From positions 90,467-154,466 of the forward strand of contig JAYZDS010000007.1 in assembly GCA_036337715.1 (NCBI GenBank): 64,000 nt of DNA, in the 5' to 3' direction. The notes beneath the pieces are model-generated. The model was not told where the DNA came from, ran no database searches, and saw nothing but the letters and a program-made list of their open reading frames with translations. Shown one piece after another: positions 17,906 to 29,046 of the stretch (position 1 is the stretch's first letter; each line of letters opens with the position of its first letter). The position numbers and the translations under genes were made by a program. The DNA comes from Pseudomonadota bacterium (GTDB taxonomy: Bacteria > Pseudomonadota > Gammaproteobacteria > Comchoanobacterales > Comchoanobacteraceae).

Positions 17906-18862
17906 TTACAGGCGTATTTTTTCTATCTGATCGCTGAGATCATTTGAAATACTGACATTAATGGCGCCTAAATTATGTTCGAGTTGGGATAAATGAGAAG
18001 CCCCTAAAATAACCGATGATACATTAGGATTTTGTAAGCACCAAGCAATTGCCAATTGGGTCATATCAATTGAATAGTCATTACATAGATCAGCAAAAGC
18101 TTGTAATTTTTTAATTTTTTGCTGAATATCATCAGGCTGCCAATGCGGTGTTAAGTCAAAACGACTGTTTTTAGGCGTGCCTTGATTATATTTTCCAGTC
18201 AATAAGCCACCTGCTAAAGGACTCCAAATGGTCGTTCCCATTTGGTATTGTTCAAATAATCGTTGATATTCGACCTCAACCCGTTCTCGATGAAATAAAT
18301 TGTATTGAGGTTGTTCCATTGTTGGGCCTTCAAGACCAAGTTGCTTAGCGCAATCGTACGCTTCAATTAAAGCTTCAACAGGCCACTCTGATGTTCCCCA
18401 ATAAAGGATTTTTCCTTGCTGTATGAATCGGTTCATAGTTGTAACAATTTCCACCATGGGTACGGATGGATCGGGTCGATGACAGTAAAGAAGATCAACA
18501 TAATCAAGCTTTAATCGTTTTAATGATTGATTTAAACCATCATGTAGGTGTTTGCGAGATAAGCCAGTTTGGTTAGGCTTATTCCCACCCCAAAATAGCT
18601 TTGTTGATATGATATATTCATCTCTTGGGTATTGGGTCAGTGTTTCACCCATGATGCGTTCAGCTTCGCCTTGCGCATAAGCTTCTGCATTATCAAAAAA
18701 ATTTACACCATGGTCAAAGGCATAAGCGATTAACTCATTTGATTTTTTTTGATCAATTTGGTGTCCAAAATTGACCCATGAGCCCAAAGATAAAGCACTT
18801 ATTTGAAGGCCACTACGACCTAATTGACGGTAGGGCATGTTTGAGTTTTTTGCATTTGACAT
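17906..18862 (-). CDS. aldo/keto reductase (Tas/Kv-beta-like)
   Basis: LGRSGLQISALSLGSW, FFDNAEAYAQGEAE, DLLYCHRPD and WGTSEW are AKR signatures. Confidence 0.85.
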   Translation of the reverse strand: MSNAKNSNMPYRQLGRSGLQISALSLGSWVNFGHQIDQKKSNELIAYAFDHGVNFFDNAEAYAQGEAERIMGETLTQYPRDEYIISTKLFWGGNKPNQTGLSRKHLHDGLNQSLKRLKLDYVDLLYCHRPDPSVPMVEIVTTMNRFIQQGKILYWGTSEWPVEALIEAYDCAKQLGLEGPTMEQPQYNLFHRERVEVEYQRLFEQYQMGTTIWSPLAGGLLTGKYNQGTPKNSRFDLTPHWQPDDIQQKIKKLQAFADLCNDYSIDMTQLAIAWCLQNPNVSSVILGASHLSQLEHNLGAINVSISNDLSDQIEKIRL

Positions 18863-18962
18863 AAACCCATTATGATATTAATAACTGCCCATATCAAGCA
18901 GTTACTAAAGTAGACTGTTTAGTTACAAAGTTCTAAAATTTCAATTATCAATGCAACTATGG

Positions 18963-20060
18963 TTACAGACTTTTATTTTTGCCATCACTGTTTTTTGAAC
19001 TGGAGACATTGGTTTTATTTCTCGTAAACATACTTGATGTATTTAATTTATTTGAGTCAACTTGAGTATCTTTGACCAAATCAGAGGATTTTCGCTTCCC
19101 AGTTTTTTTGGGTGGAGTAAATCGATTAAGTTCTGATAAGTAAAAATTCATTTGAGGAATATCATTCTCATGTTCAAAATAATTTATAAGCTTCTTTAAA
19201 GTTTTTATTTGGCTTTTGGTATCAGATATTTGATTTGCTACATCAAGTGCATTTTTGAACCACATAAGTTGGGTATTTGGTCCAAAGTTTATTTGGCTAC
19301 CGTCAATATAGTTTGCTTTTTTGTCACCCAGACCAAGGAGTGCATCTACAAGCAATTTATGATTACCAGTCTGTTTGGTAATTGGTATTGCCTGTAGGTA
19401 CCAGTCAATTGTCGCATTGTATTTATCTGAATATCCTATATCGCCGAGGCTAATGAGTGCTTGAGCTTCTAAGGTTTGATATTTGTTCTGTCTAGCCATA
19501 TCTAAAGCAACGAGAAACCAATCAATTGAATCACTGCGACCACTTAATTCCGACTTGCCAAGTCCTATCAGTGCTTGTATCTGTAGTTCTATATCCCCAG
19601 CTTCCTCAGCTAATGACAATGCTTTAACATGCCAATCATTTTTATCACGTTCTTGATCAGAGTACTTTGCATTACCAAGCTCAATGTGTGCTTTTATATA
19701 TGCATGATTGGTTGTTTTATTGTCAGCATATTTAATGATGTCTAAATAGATGGCGTTATTATTTAGGTGACCTAGTTGTTTAGTAAGATTCAGTTGAGCT
19801 TGATCTAACTTGATGTCACACCAAGTCTTTGTACCCATTTTGGTATGCTCAAGACCAAAATTAAAATGTGATGCGGATTGATTAATGTCACTAAGTTTAA
19901 AGTATAATTTCCCGATTTGTCTATGAATTTCTGATTGATTTTCATAACCATAATCAGAGTCTAATAATTCGTTGAAAGTATCAAGTGATTGATATAAATC
20001 ATCTAATTTATTGCTTTGACCAAGCATGACGGCTTTAGTAAATAATTCTACTTCTTGCAT
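18963..20060 (-). CDS. TPR-like repeat protein with a Lys/Ser-rich C-terminal tail
   Basis: At least four units of about 40 aa: DWHVKALSLAEEAGDIELQIQALIGLGK, DWFLVALDMARQNKYQTLEAQALISLGD, DWYLQAIPITKQTGNHKLLVDALLGLGD and MWFKNALDVANQISDTKSQIKTLKKL. Confidence 0.65.
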   Translation of the reverse strand: MQEVELFTKAVMLGQSNKLDDLYQSLDTFNELLDSDYGYENQSEIHRQIGKLYFKLSDINQSASHFNFGLEHTKMGTKTWCDIKLDQAQLNLTKQLGHLNNNAIYLDIIKYADNKTTNHAYIKAHIELGNAKYSDQERDKNDWHVKALSLAEEAGDIELQIQALIGLGKSELSGRSDSIDWFLVALDMARQNKYQTLEAQALISLGDIGYSDKYNATIDWYLQAIPITKQTGNHKLLVDALLGLGDKKANYIDGSQINFGPNTQLMWFKNALDVANQISDTKSQIKTLKKLINYFEHENDIPQMNFYLSELNRFTPPKKTGKRKSSDLVKDTQVDSNKLNTSSMFTRNKTNVSSSKNSDGKNKSL

Positions 20061-20438
20061 ATTTGAACACCTATTATGATTGACTTCAGTATACAGAAAA
20101 TATAATAAAAATAAACTTAATTAATTTTGTACTTTTGATTCCTTATAAAGAACACTAATTTTGTTATTGATATCGTAATTGTGTTGATTCAAACGAGTTC
20201 GCGAAACAATTTATACTGAATTCAATAAGCGGCCAACCATAGGCTGGCCGCTTCCTCCAGTAATAAGTAGATATGTCAGAATTGATTAATCACATTGAGT
20301 TATTTAATTCATGATTTAATATGTTGGCTATGTATCTGTTTTTTATCATGTCCGATGAATCAATCAACCTATTGATTATTATAACATATTTATGTTTTTG
20401 TAGTTTATGCAGACAGCTATAAATAATATTGCTAAGCT

Positions 20439-21140
20439 ATGTTTATGATTATAGTTACAAGACCCATGCCTTGGGCAAAAGATTTATGTGATAAACTAAA
20501 GTCACACAAAATAATGTATGACTACCTACCAGCAGCTCGACTAGCCAAATCAACCCATCAATTACTACCTATTAATCAAGGAATTACAGTTTTTTTAAGT
20601 CAGTCTAGTGTGTTATTTGCGCCTGACAACCTTTCTTTAGAACATGTTTTTGCTGTTGGACCTAAAACAGCAAATGCTGTTGAGACTAAATATCTTTGTG
20701 AGTGTTACCATCCTAGACCGGGTCATTATTCAGTTTCAGGGTTATTAGAAGACCCATTTTTTATAAATCTTTTAGAAAAAAATACATTATTAAATGTCAT
20801 TGGCGGTACGCATAGCGACGAGACTCGATTTGAAAGCTTAAATATTAAAGTACATATGTATGCCGTTTATGATATTTTGCCAATAGATAAGTATGTTTCA
20901 GTTGAACATCAACATGCTGAGATTTGGTTTACGAGTCAAAAACTCATGGAATTATTTTTTGATCATTATATACGTACCCTCAACCAAAAAAATCTGTTAT
21001 CCTATGATATAGTTGTCCCCACAATGGTATGCCAAAAACGAGCAATCAAACTTGGTTTCAAGGGGTTAATTGAGGTAGTGGCTGATCCAAGAGATGAATC
21101 CTTTCTTGCCCATTATCAAGTTAAACATAGGAGCGAATAG
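20439..21140 (+). CDS. hemD: uroporphyrinogen-III synthase
   Basis: The IIVTRP N-terminus, the size (233 aa) and the position directly upstream of hemX-hemY all fit HemD. Confidence 0.6.
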   Translation: MFMIIVTRPMPWAKDLCDKLKSHKIMYDYLPAARLAKSTHQLLPINQGITVFLSQSSVLFAPDNLSLEHVFAVGPKTANAVETKYLCECYHPRPGHYSVSGLLEDPFFINLLEKNTLLNVIGGTHSDETRFESLNIKVHMYAVYDILPIDKYVSVEHQHAEIWFTSQKLMELFFDHYIRTLNQKNLLSYDIVVPTMVCQKRAIKLGFKGLIEVVADPRDESFLAHYQVKHRSE

Positions 21141-22001
21141 ATGAAACGAATCAAAAGATGGCTAGTCTGTTATTTATTTCCTTTAGCATTACTGGTTTTA
21201 TTAGGCTGGTTGGTTTGGCAACAATGTTTATTTGATCAAGCATTAAAAAATCAAAATGTAATCCTTGAACAGCTTGAATCTCAAATTCAAGCAATGAGAA
21301 CGCCTAAGGTAATTCAAGATGAAAATAAACACTACCAACAAATGGCTTATCTCGTTTTAGTTGATCGTAGCGACTTAGATTTGGGTAGTGCCTATTTAGA
21401 CGTTTTAAAAGCTAATTATTCAGAAACCAATGATAGAAAACGTTCACAAGAAATTAAAGTACTTAAAGACCAAGTTGACACACTCAGATCACAGGTCAAA
21501 AACCGAACCAAACTCATTACTGAGCTACAATCGCAACTATCCAAGCCCGGAAAACAAAAGGATCCTACAAAAAATGGTTGGTTCCGTCCATTAAAAGGTT
21601 GGATAAATGTTGAATACCATGAAGGGAAACCAGGTAGTATTGATCCACAGCAGTGGCGTTATTGGTCAACATTAGAACAAGCCAGATGGTACTTAGTTCA
21701 TGGTCATTATGATGATTATTTAGATGCCATTAGTAGTGTTCAAAGCTGGGTTAAGCTTTATCCTGGAGATGTTGATTGGCAAAACGCTTTACAAGAACTT
21801 GCCAAGCCACTTCAAGCATTAGACTTAACCACGCTGAGTGAGGATTACAAACAAACACTAGATTTGAATGAAAAAGTCGCACAAAGACAGCGTTTATTGA
21901 AAGAATCTCAAGCATCCAAAAAAGTTGATGAAACAAATGAAAAAAAAGAGGACCAAGTTGAAGTTAAGACCGAGAAACCGCGACATGGAGTGATTGCCTA
22001 A
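21141..22001 (+). CDS. hemX: HemX-like membrane-anchored coiled-coil protein
   Basis: An N-terminal TM segment is followed by coiled coil. Synteny is hemD-hemX-hemY, and the start abuts the hemD stop. Confidence 0.6.
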   Translation: MKRIKRWLVCYLFPLALLVLLGWLVWQQCLFDQALKNQNVILEQLESQIQAMRTPKVIQDENKHYQQMAYLVLVDRSDLDLGSAYLDVLKANYSETNDRKRSQEIKVLKDQVDTLRSQVKNRTKLITELQSQLSKPGKQKDPTKNGWFRPLKGWINVEYHEGKPGSIDPQQWRYWSTLEQARWYLVHGHYDDYLDAISSVQSWVKLYPGDVDWQNALQELAKPLQALDLTTLSEDYKQTLDLNEKVAQRQRLLKESQASKKVDETNEKKEDQVEVKTEKPRHGVIA

Positions 22002-23122
22002 TGTTTCGTTATATTATTTTTTTAGTGATTGTTGTGTCAACCAGTGCTTGGCTATGGGTTAATCCTGGTATAGTAGAAATTCACGTGGCAAACCTTAGTG
22101 TGGTGATGCAACTGGGTACGTTTATCGTATTGCTCATTGCATCATTAGTTTTGGTTAAACTCGTATGGCAAATCCTTAAATTACCCTCATGGTTAAGGCA
22201 AAAGCGGACCCTGCGTCAAGATAAAAAAACAAATCAATTGATGAAAAAACTATGTATACAGATGTCGCAAGGCCAGATAATAAAAGTATCTCAGACAAAA
22301 CGAACTTTAGAAAATTTACCCATACACCTACTAGTACTTTTAGCAAAAGTACTCAATGATCAATTAACCTCTAAACAAATTTCTGAGAGCATTCTTGCGC
22401 ATGAAGATGCCGAAGGATTAATAAGATGGATTGAGGGATTAGGCTACCTATATCACGGAGAGGGCGTAAAAGCACAAGAAGTGTTACGTATTGCTTTATC
22501 AAAATACCCAAAACATTCAGGTATCATTACCGTATTGGCACATAGTTATTTTCAAGATGCACAGTGGGCATTACTATATGATCTCATCAATCAATATAAA
22601 CGTTACATGCCAAATGATGTGATTGCATTGTATCAGGACGAAGTAAATTACGAATATTTGCTAACTTTAATGAATCAACCAGAAACATTTGATCAGGTAT
22701 GGCGTAAACTTCCAAAAGAAGCAAAACACAGCATTCATTATATGGATTTAAAAATTGAGCATCTACTTAACCAAAAATCCTATAAACAAGCAAAAACATA
22801 TATCGAACGTTGCCTTGATGAACATTGGTATGACGATTGGGTCAATCAATATATGTCAATACCTGATCTAGATTCTAAAAAGTGTATCAAACAACTACTT
22901 TTTTGGTTCAAAAAAGAGCCAAAAAATACCATTTTGACAAACGCTTTGGCTAAAGCGCATATGAATGCAAACATGCTCGAGCGTGCAGGGACATACTTTG
23001 AGGCCACTTTTAGCCAAAGTGGAGATATTTCCGATGGTTTAGCTTTATTGGCTTTTTACCAAGATAATCAACCTGAAAAAGTAGCGCAATTAATACCTAA
23101 AATTTCAAGATTGGTTGATTAA
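22001..23122 (+). CDS. hemY: HemY-like protein (HemY_N double-TM plus TPR)
   Basis: The N-terminus MFRYIIFLVIVVSTSAWLWVNPGIVEIHVANLSVVMQLGTFIVLLIA..LPSWLRQ matches the HemY N-terminal architecture. Its start overlaps the hemX stop. Confidence 0.7.
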   Translation: MFRYIIFLVIVVSTSAWLWVNPGIVEIHVANLSVVMQLGTFIVLLIASLVLVKLVWQILKLPSWLRQKRTLRQDKKTNQLMKKLCIQMSQGQIIKVSQTKRTLENLPIHLLVLLAKVLNDQLTSKQISESILAHEDAEGLIRWIEGLGYLYHGEGVKAQEVLRIALSKYPKHSGIITVLAHSYFQDAQWALLYDLINQYKRYMPNDVIALYQDEVNYEYLLTLMNQPETFDQVWRKLPKEAKHSIHYMDLKIEHLLNQKSYKQAKTYIERCLDEHWYDDWVNQYMSIPDLDSKKCIKQLLFWFKKEPKNTILTNALAKAHMNANMLERAGTYFEATFSQSGDISDGLALLAFYQDNQPEKVAQLIPKISRLVD

Positions 23123-23270
23123 TTAAGAGATTTAATTTTAAAAAACTTAATGTTTGTTTTAAGTTTTGGTTATAAGTTTCACTGGATCGTCTATAATAAA
23201 ATTATAATAAAGAGAAAAAAATGTTTAACGTATTATTTAAAGTTGTACAAGTCATCTAGAGGTATTAATA

Positions 23271-24269
23271 ATGAAAGCTTATGTGGTTAATAATTATGGT
23301 ATGGATGCTATTTCGATACCTGAGGACAGATCGATCCCAAAGCCAAAGTCTAATGAGGTACTTATTAAAGTAGCGGCAACTAGCATTAACCCCATTGATG
23401 CGAAAATACGTGCTGGATTGATGCCGCATGTACAGCCCCCTTTGCCTGCCATATTGCATGCAGACATGTCAGGCGTGGTGGTCACCTGTGGTGAGCAAGT
23501 TACTGATTACCTGCCGGGCGATCAAGTGTATGGTTGTATTGGAGGTATCGCTAACCAATCGGGTGCTTTATCTGAATACGTGGTGGTTTGTCCTGATAGG
23601 ATTTCTAAAAAACCCGAATCGTTAACATTATTGGAAGCAGCTTCAGTCCCGTTAGTGGGTATTACTGCTTACATAGCGTTATTTGAAAAGTTGATGTTAA
23701 CTCGCAATGATCGTGTCTTAATTCATGCAGGGCTAGGTGGTGTTGGTAATATTGCTTGCCAGTTGGCTCATGCGGCAGGTGCTAAGGTGTCAGCCACTGT
23801 CGGTAGTGACCAAGATGTTGATCTACTGAAGTCGTTTGGGGTCGCTCATGCGATCAATTACAAAAAAGAATTGCCAGCGACCTATAGGCAGTTAGACGGA
23901 GAGTCTGGTTTTTTACAGATCTTTGATACGGTTGGTATGAGTAATCTACTACAATCTTTTGAGGCAGCGGCGACTCATGGTCGCATTGCTTGCACTCAGA
24001 CATTAATCGATGGTATTGATTTATCCTTGATGCATAAGAAAGGCTTGACACTATCAAGCGTATTAATGTTGGATCGATTGATTCAGCCTGGCACTGCTAC
24101 ACCTTATAGTCATTATTTGGAAAAATTAACAGCAATGATTGATGAGTTTAGCATTAAACCACACTTGGATAGCACGATATTTTCTGTGAAAGACGTAGCA
24201 GCGGCGTATGAGCACTTTCGGGCTCGTCAGTCCACAGGGAAAGTGGTTATAACCGTTGAGTCGCTATGA
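23271..24269 (+). CDS. zinc-type alcohol dehydrogenase-like / quinone oxidoreductase (MDR superfamily)
   Basis: The GroES-like N-terminus is EVLIKVAATSINPIDAKIRAG. The Rossmann motif HAGLGGVGNIACQLA is present, and the protein ends in GKVVI. Confidence 0.8.
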   Translation: MKAYVVNNYGMDAISIPEDRSIPKPKSNEVLIKVAATSINPIDAKIRAGLMPHVQPPLPAILHADMSGVVVTCGEQVTDYLPGDQVYGCIGGIANQSGALSEYVVVCPDRISKKPESLTLLEAASVPLVGITAYIALFEKLMLTRNDRVLIHAGLGGVGNIACQLAHAAGAKVSATVGSDQDVDLLKSFGVAHAINYKKELPATYRQLDGESGFLQIFDTVGMSNLLQSFEAAATHGRIACTQTLIDGIDLSLMHKKGLTLSSVLMLDRLIQPGTATPYSHYLEKLTAMIDEFSIKPHLDSTIFSVKDVAAAYEHFRARQSTGKVVITVESL

Positions 24270-24417
24270 TTGTTACCGATAAAGTAGCGACCATCTTCAC
24301 AAAATCTGGCTAACCCATCCCAATAGCGCAAGGTGTAGTTAATGGCTCAAGCGAGTGGTGATTTTTGTGGCTATCTAAAATGTTTGTACTGTTTTTATAA
24401 ACTTTTTAAAAATTGAG

Positions 24418-27216
24418 TCATTTTAATAGGGGCTTTAAATACCGTCCGGTATGCGACTCAGTAATCTTGGAAACAGTTTCAGGAGTCCCTGTAGCGATGA
24501 TTTCTCCACCACCCACACCACCTTCTGGTCCTAAATCAATGATCCAATCGGCTGTCTTAATAACATCCAAATTATGTTCAATAACCACAACAGTATTCCC
24601 CTGATCAGTTAAGCGATGAAGGATATCCAATAGGTGTTGTACATCATGGAAATGAAGGCCAGTCGTAGGTTCATCTAAAATATATATCGTTTGGCCAGTA
24701 GATCGTTTGGAGAGTTCTTTGGCTAATTTAACTCTTTGTGCCTCACCACCTGACAATGTGGTTGCACTTTGACCCAAACGAATATAACCAAGACCCACTT
24801 CACACAATAATTGACATTTTTTTTGAATGCTTGGAATGGCACTAAAAAAGTCTAGGGCTATTTCAGCAGTCATATCTAATACTTCTGCAATATGTTTACC
24901 CTTATATTGAATTTCTAGGGTGTCACGATTATAACGACTACCATTACATTGATCACAGGTGACATAGACATCCGGTAAAAAGTGCATAGCTACTCTAATC
25001 ACGCCATCGCCTTCACACGCCTCACAGCGGCCGCCTCGCACATTAAAACTGAAACGTCCTGGTTTATAACCACGGCTTCTAGCCTCGGGACAAGCTGCAA
25101 ATAAATCACGAATTGGACTTAAAATCCCTGTGTAAGTAGCAGGGTTAGACCGAGGTGTTCTTCCAATTGGACTTTGATCAATACGCACGACTTTATCGAG
25201 GTATTCGAGTCCTTGAATGTCTTCAAAAGCACCTGGCTTACTCGTGTAAGCCTTATTAAGCTTTTGCGCACATAAAGGATAAAGCGTACCATTGATGAGG
25301 CTTGATTTGCCTGAGCCAGACACCCCAGTGATACATGTCATGAGTCCTAATGGGATTTCAGTATCAACTGCTTGTAGATTGTTAGCAGTGGCCTTGGTTA
25401 ACTTAAGCCACTTATCTTTAGTAGGTTTGCGGCGTTTTTTTGGGCCAGTTACTTTTTTCTTGCCGGTTAAGTATTGACCAGTCAACGAATTTTCACAGTT
25501 ACCAATTTGATTTGGTGGACCTGCATATAATACCTCACCCCCATGAATACCAGCACCTGGACCAATATCAATGACATGATCTGCTGCTTCAATGGCTTCC
25601 TCATCATGTTCAACGACTAAGACAGTATTGCCAAGGTCTCTAAGTCTCACTAATGTTTTCAATAAACGTGTATTGTCGCGTTGATGAAGTCCGATCGATG
25701 GTTCGTCGAGTACATACATCACCCCAACCAAACCCGAGCCAATTTGGCTTGCTAAACGTATTCTTTGAGCCTCTCCACCAGAAAGGGTTTCGGCTTTTCT
25801 CGATAGATTTAGATAATTTAATCCGACGGCTTGTAAAAAACTAACTCTTGCTTTAATTTCATTTAAAATTGGGGCAGCGATTTGCTGGTTTTGAGTTGAA
25901 AGTTTGATGTTTTCTAATAATGCATATAAATCATCTATATTAGATTCAACCATATCTTGAATATGCCATTGGTCTACTTTAACATTTCTTGCAACTTCAT
26001 TGAGTCGGCTTCCATGACAGCTCGAGCAAGGACGTTCACTCATCATGCGACTTAAGTTAAGACGCATGTCTTGAGAGTCGGTTTCCTGGTATCTTCTAAG
26101 CAATGTGGGGATTACGCCTTCAAATGGGCGGCTTCTATGAATAGTACGCCCTTTAATGCCTGTATAGGTAATTGGAATACGGTGCTTTGTTCCTTTTAAA
26201 ATCATTTCCTGGTGTTTTTCAGATAGATGTTTCCATGGTGTTGACATCAAAAAACCTTCTGCTTCAGCTAACGAGCTTAACAGTTGTTGGTAATAACGTT
26301 TATCCCACCCAAAAATGACACCCTCAGATAATGACATCATAGGATCAACGATTAAGCGTGCTTCATCAAAATGGTTTTCCATACCAAGACCATCACATGT
26401 ATCGCATGCACCAAAAGGGCTGTTAAATGAAAAAATCTTTGGCTCTAGACGATCTATACTAAAACCGCATTCAAAGCATGCATGCTCCGTGGAATACAAT
26501 AGGTCTTTTTCATCTGTTTGCACCATTACCAATCCGTTGCTATATTGCGTTGCCATTTCAACCGATTGAGCCAGTCGTTGTTGGTGCTCAGATTTTACAC
26601 TTAGACGGTCAACAATGAGTTCAATTTTATGGTTTTTCTTTGGATCTAACTCGATAGAATCTGCCAACATATGCATTTCACCGTTAATTCTAGCCCGTAC
26701 AAAGCCGTTACGTTGCCATTGAGCGATGAGCTTTTGGTGTTCTCCTTTACGGTCTCTTATCACAGGCGATAAGATTTGGATTTTACTATTTGCTGGTAAG
26801 CTTAAAATATTATCAACGATTTGGCTAATGGTTTGAGCAGTCAAAGGTACTTGGTGTTCTGGACAGTATGCAACTCCGACACGAGCGTACAACAGTCTTA
26901 GATAATCATAAATTTCTGTGATGGTGCCAACTGTTGAACGTGGGTTGTGCGATGTTACTTTTTGTTCAATGGCTATGGCAGGAGACAACCCTTCAATCAT
27001 TTCAACATCGGGTTTTTCCATCATAGATAAAAATTGTCTAGCATAAGCTGACAATGATTCTACATAACGTCTTTGGCCCTCTGCATAGAGTGTATCAAAG
27101 GCCAAAGAAGATTTGCCAGAGCCTGACAAGCCAGTAATGACTACTAACTGGTTTCTTGGGATATCTAAACTAATGTTTTTTAAGTTATGGGTCTTAGCGC
27201 CACGAATTCTGATCAT
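24418..27216 (-). CDS. uvrA: excinuclease ABC subunit A
   Basis: [55 protein letters not shown] is present. There are two ABC modules and zinc-finger cysteines. Confidence 0.97.
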   Translation of the reverse strand: MIRIRGAKTHNLKNISLDIPRNQLVVITGLSGSGKSSLAFDTLYAEGQRRYVESLSAYARQFLSMMEKPDVEMIEGLSPAIAIEQKVTSHNPRSTVGTITEIYDYLRLLYARVGVAYCPEHQVPLTAQTISQIVDNILSLPANSKIQILSPVIRDRKGEHQKLIAQWQRNGFVRARINGEMHMLADSIELDPKKNHKIELIVDRLSVKSEHQQRLAQSVEMATQYSNGLVMVQTDEKDLLYSTEHACFECGFSIDRLEPKIFSFNSPFGACDTCDGLGMENHFDEARLIVDPMMSLSEGVIFGWDKRYYQQLLSSLAEAEGFLMSTPWKHLSEKHQEMILKGTKHRIPITYTGIKGRTIHRSRPFEGVIPTLLRRYQETDSQDMRLNLSRMMSERPCSSCHGSRLNEVARNVKVDQWHIQDMVESNIDDLYALLENIKLSTQNQQIAAPILNEIKARVSFLQAVGLNYLNLSRKAETLSGGEAQRIRLASQIGSGLVGVMYVLDEPSIGLHQRDNTRLLKTLVRLRDLGNTVLVVEHDEEAIEAADHVIDIGPGAGIHGGEVLYAGPPNQIGNCENSLTGQYLTGKKKVTGPKKRRKPTKDKWLKLTKATANNLQAVDTEIPLGLMTCITGVSGSGKSSLINGTLYPLCAQKLNKAYTSKPGAFEDIQGLEYLDKVVRIDQSPIGRTPRSNPATYTGILSPIRDLFAACPEARSRGYKPGRFSFNVRGGRCEACEGDGVIRVAMHFLPDVYVTCDQCNGSRYNRDTLEIQYKGKHIAEVLDMTAEIALDFFSAIPSIQKKCQLLCEVGLGYIRLGQSATTLSGGEAQRVKLAKELSKRSTGQTIYILDEPTTGLHFHDVQHLLDILHRLTDQGNTVVVIEHNLDVIKTADWIIDLGPEGGVGGGEIIATGTPETVSKITESHTGRYLKPLLK

Positions 27217-27337
27217 AATACTATCTTCAATTAGTTAATTATAACTGAATTAAATAAAGTTTGACACTTTTTGAAAAAAGTTTTAATTCATTTACGCTGG
27301 ATGCTTCTTGTTAACAAAAATTAGTCTTACTTGGTTA

Positions 27338-27346
27338 TGCTATAAT
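27338..27346 (+). promoter_or_regulatory. extended -10 element TGCTATAAT
   Basis: A perfect TGnTATAAT ends 23 nt upstream of ATG 27370. Confidence 0.4.
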
Positions 27347-27369
27347 AAAAATATAATTATAAAAACAAA

Positions 27370-28983
27370 ATGCTAACACAAATAAAAGACATTGTAGATG
27401 AAAAATTTCAAAAAAAGCCTGGTAAGCCCGAACCTAGTAACCTCATTTATGCCCAAAGTATTTTAGAAAAAATTTTAAAAAATAAAAGTCCAAATTCTGT
27501 GACAGAGCTAAATTTAAGGGAAAATGAAGATAATACTAAATTTCTATCTGAATGTTTTGAGACTGCTTTAAAAAAAAGATCTACTAGCCTCATTGCACAA
27601 AGAGCAATACAAACTCTGAGCCAAAATGATCGAGATATACTTTTTGAAAATTTAACGCGTGCTCCAAAACAAGATCCTATTACATTATTTTTAAAATATG
27701 CTTTATTTCTTAACTTAGGTTATGACACAAGAAAGGAATTGGATAAAATTGAATTAACTGCAGATCAAAAGGCTCAGTGTTTAATGAGCTATTATCCCCC
27801 AAATGAAGGTTCTACTTTGGAATTTATATATCATGAAATAGGCCAATACGCTATGAAAGAGGGTGGATCGTTAAAAGATTTCGATACATTATTAGTAGAC
27901 TATTATTTTGAAAATAAATGGTTTACAAAAGATTCATATGAGTTTGTTAAAACTTTGGAGAGAAGTATTAAAGATCCTGTAAATGTCTTAAAAAAATACT
28001 TAGATACTCGTAAATATAAATTACAAATAAATAAATTCCTAGGACTTAATGATGATCAAAAAAATGAAATACTGATGTATTTAGTTGAGAAGTGTATTCA
28101 TGGTTATGTCGATGACAGAGTTAAACCAGGCAGTTTGAGAGCCAAACTGGATCTTGAAATGAAGTATGTTACAACAAAATTTATGGAAGCTTATGGCATT
28201 ACTAACCTAAAGACTACAATCGATAAACTAGTTCAATTGGAAACAAATACCTTTAAAAAAAATGCCCTAAAAAATATAAATATAAAATGGGATAAAGTAG
28301 ATGAATTGATGATTCAATTTGATATTGCAAGTAAAAAAGGACAATTTCAGTTTTTTAGAAATTTACAGAAACAATATCAATCGCTAGAAAATTCTCAGCG
28401 GTTAGACGTTACAGCATACCTACTTAATGCATTTATAAAACCTCTTAGGCAGGAATCTTTAAAACCCCCGTCATTTTCTCTTTTAAAACGGTTAGATCAT
28501 ACATGTATTTACTATTTAAAAAGACTTATTAATGATTTTCTTGGAGACGCCAATAACGTCAATGCATTAAAAAATAAGTTGACGCAAGACTACGGCTACG
28601 AAGATTCTGATTTAAAAAACATATTTCAAGAACTTGAAATTAGTTACGAATTTAATTTAGTAGATAAAAATACAATAATTTCAGAACAAGAACAAAAATC
28701 AAAAAGGTTTATAAGGTTGTTAAAAAGGTTTTCAGAAAAGATATCTAGCATTTTTCAAAAGTTAATTAATATGATATCCGGCAAGGATGCTAAATTTGGT
28801 AAAGATGAACACAAGCGTGAAAAAGAAAAATTACGTTTTGGTGACGATGAATACATGTATTTTGACAAAAATAAACCTGTATCTTCAAAAGAAATACCAA
28901 AAAGTAGAGAAAAAACCAATCCCAAACCAATTCTTGAGAAAACTGAAGATAAACCAGAAATTGGAAAAGAACCAAAAAGGTAG
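27370..28983 (+). CDS. hypothetical Lys-rich protein (537 aa), candidate effector
   Basis: Long ORF in very AT-rich DNA. No motif recognised. The tail is charged K/E/P-rich. Confidence 0.65.
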   Translation: MLTQIKDIVDEKFQKKPGKPEPSNLIYAQSILEKILKNKSPNSVTELNLRENEDNTKFLSECFETALKKRSTSLIAQRAIQTLSQNDRDILFENLTRAPKQDPITLFLKYALFLNLGYDTRKELDKIELTADQKAQCLMSYYPPNEGSTLEFIYHEIGQYAMKEGGSLKDFDTLLVDYYFENKWFTKDSYEFVKTLERSIKDPVNVLKKYLDTRKYKLQINKFLGLNDDQKNEILMYLVEKCIHGYVDDRVKPGSLRAKLDLEMKYVTTKFMEAYGITNLKTTIDKLVQLETNTFKKNALKNINIKWDKVDELMIQFDIASKKGQFQFFRNLQKQYQSLENSQRLDVTAYLLNAFIKPLRQESLKPPSFSLLKRLDHTCIYYLKRLINDFLGDANNVNALKNKLTQDYGYEDSDLKNIFQELEISYEFNLVDKNTIISEQEQKSKRFIRLLKRFSEKISSIFQKLINMISGKDAKFGKDEHKREKEKLRFGDDEYMYFDKNKPVSSKEIPKSREKTNPKPILEKTEDKPEIGKEPKR

Positions 28984-29046
28984 TGTTAAAGCAATTTTTT
29001 TCAGAATCGACTATAATATAATTATAACAATAAAAGAGGTAAAATT

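Noticed and set aside
20195-20262. Mini-ORF MVGRLLNSV on the minus strand, overlapping the GC-rich hairpin and preceded by GGAGG
   Set aside because: The SD-to-ATG spacing (13 nt) is too long, and a 9-codon ORF in this context is not distinguishable from chance.
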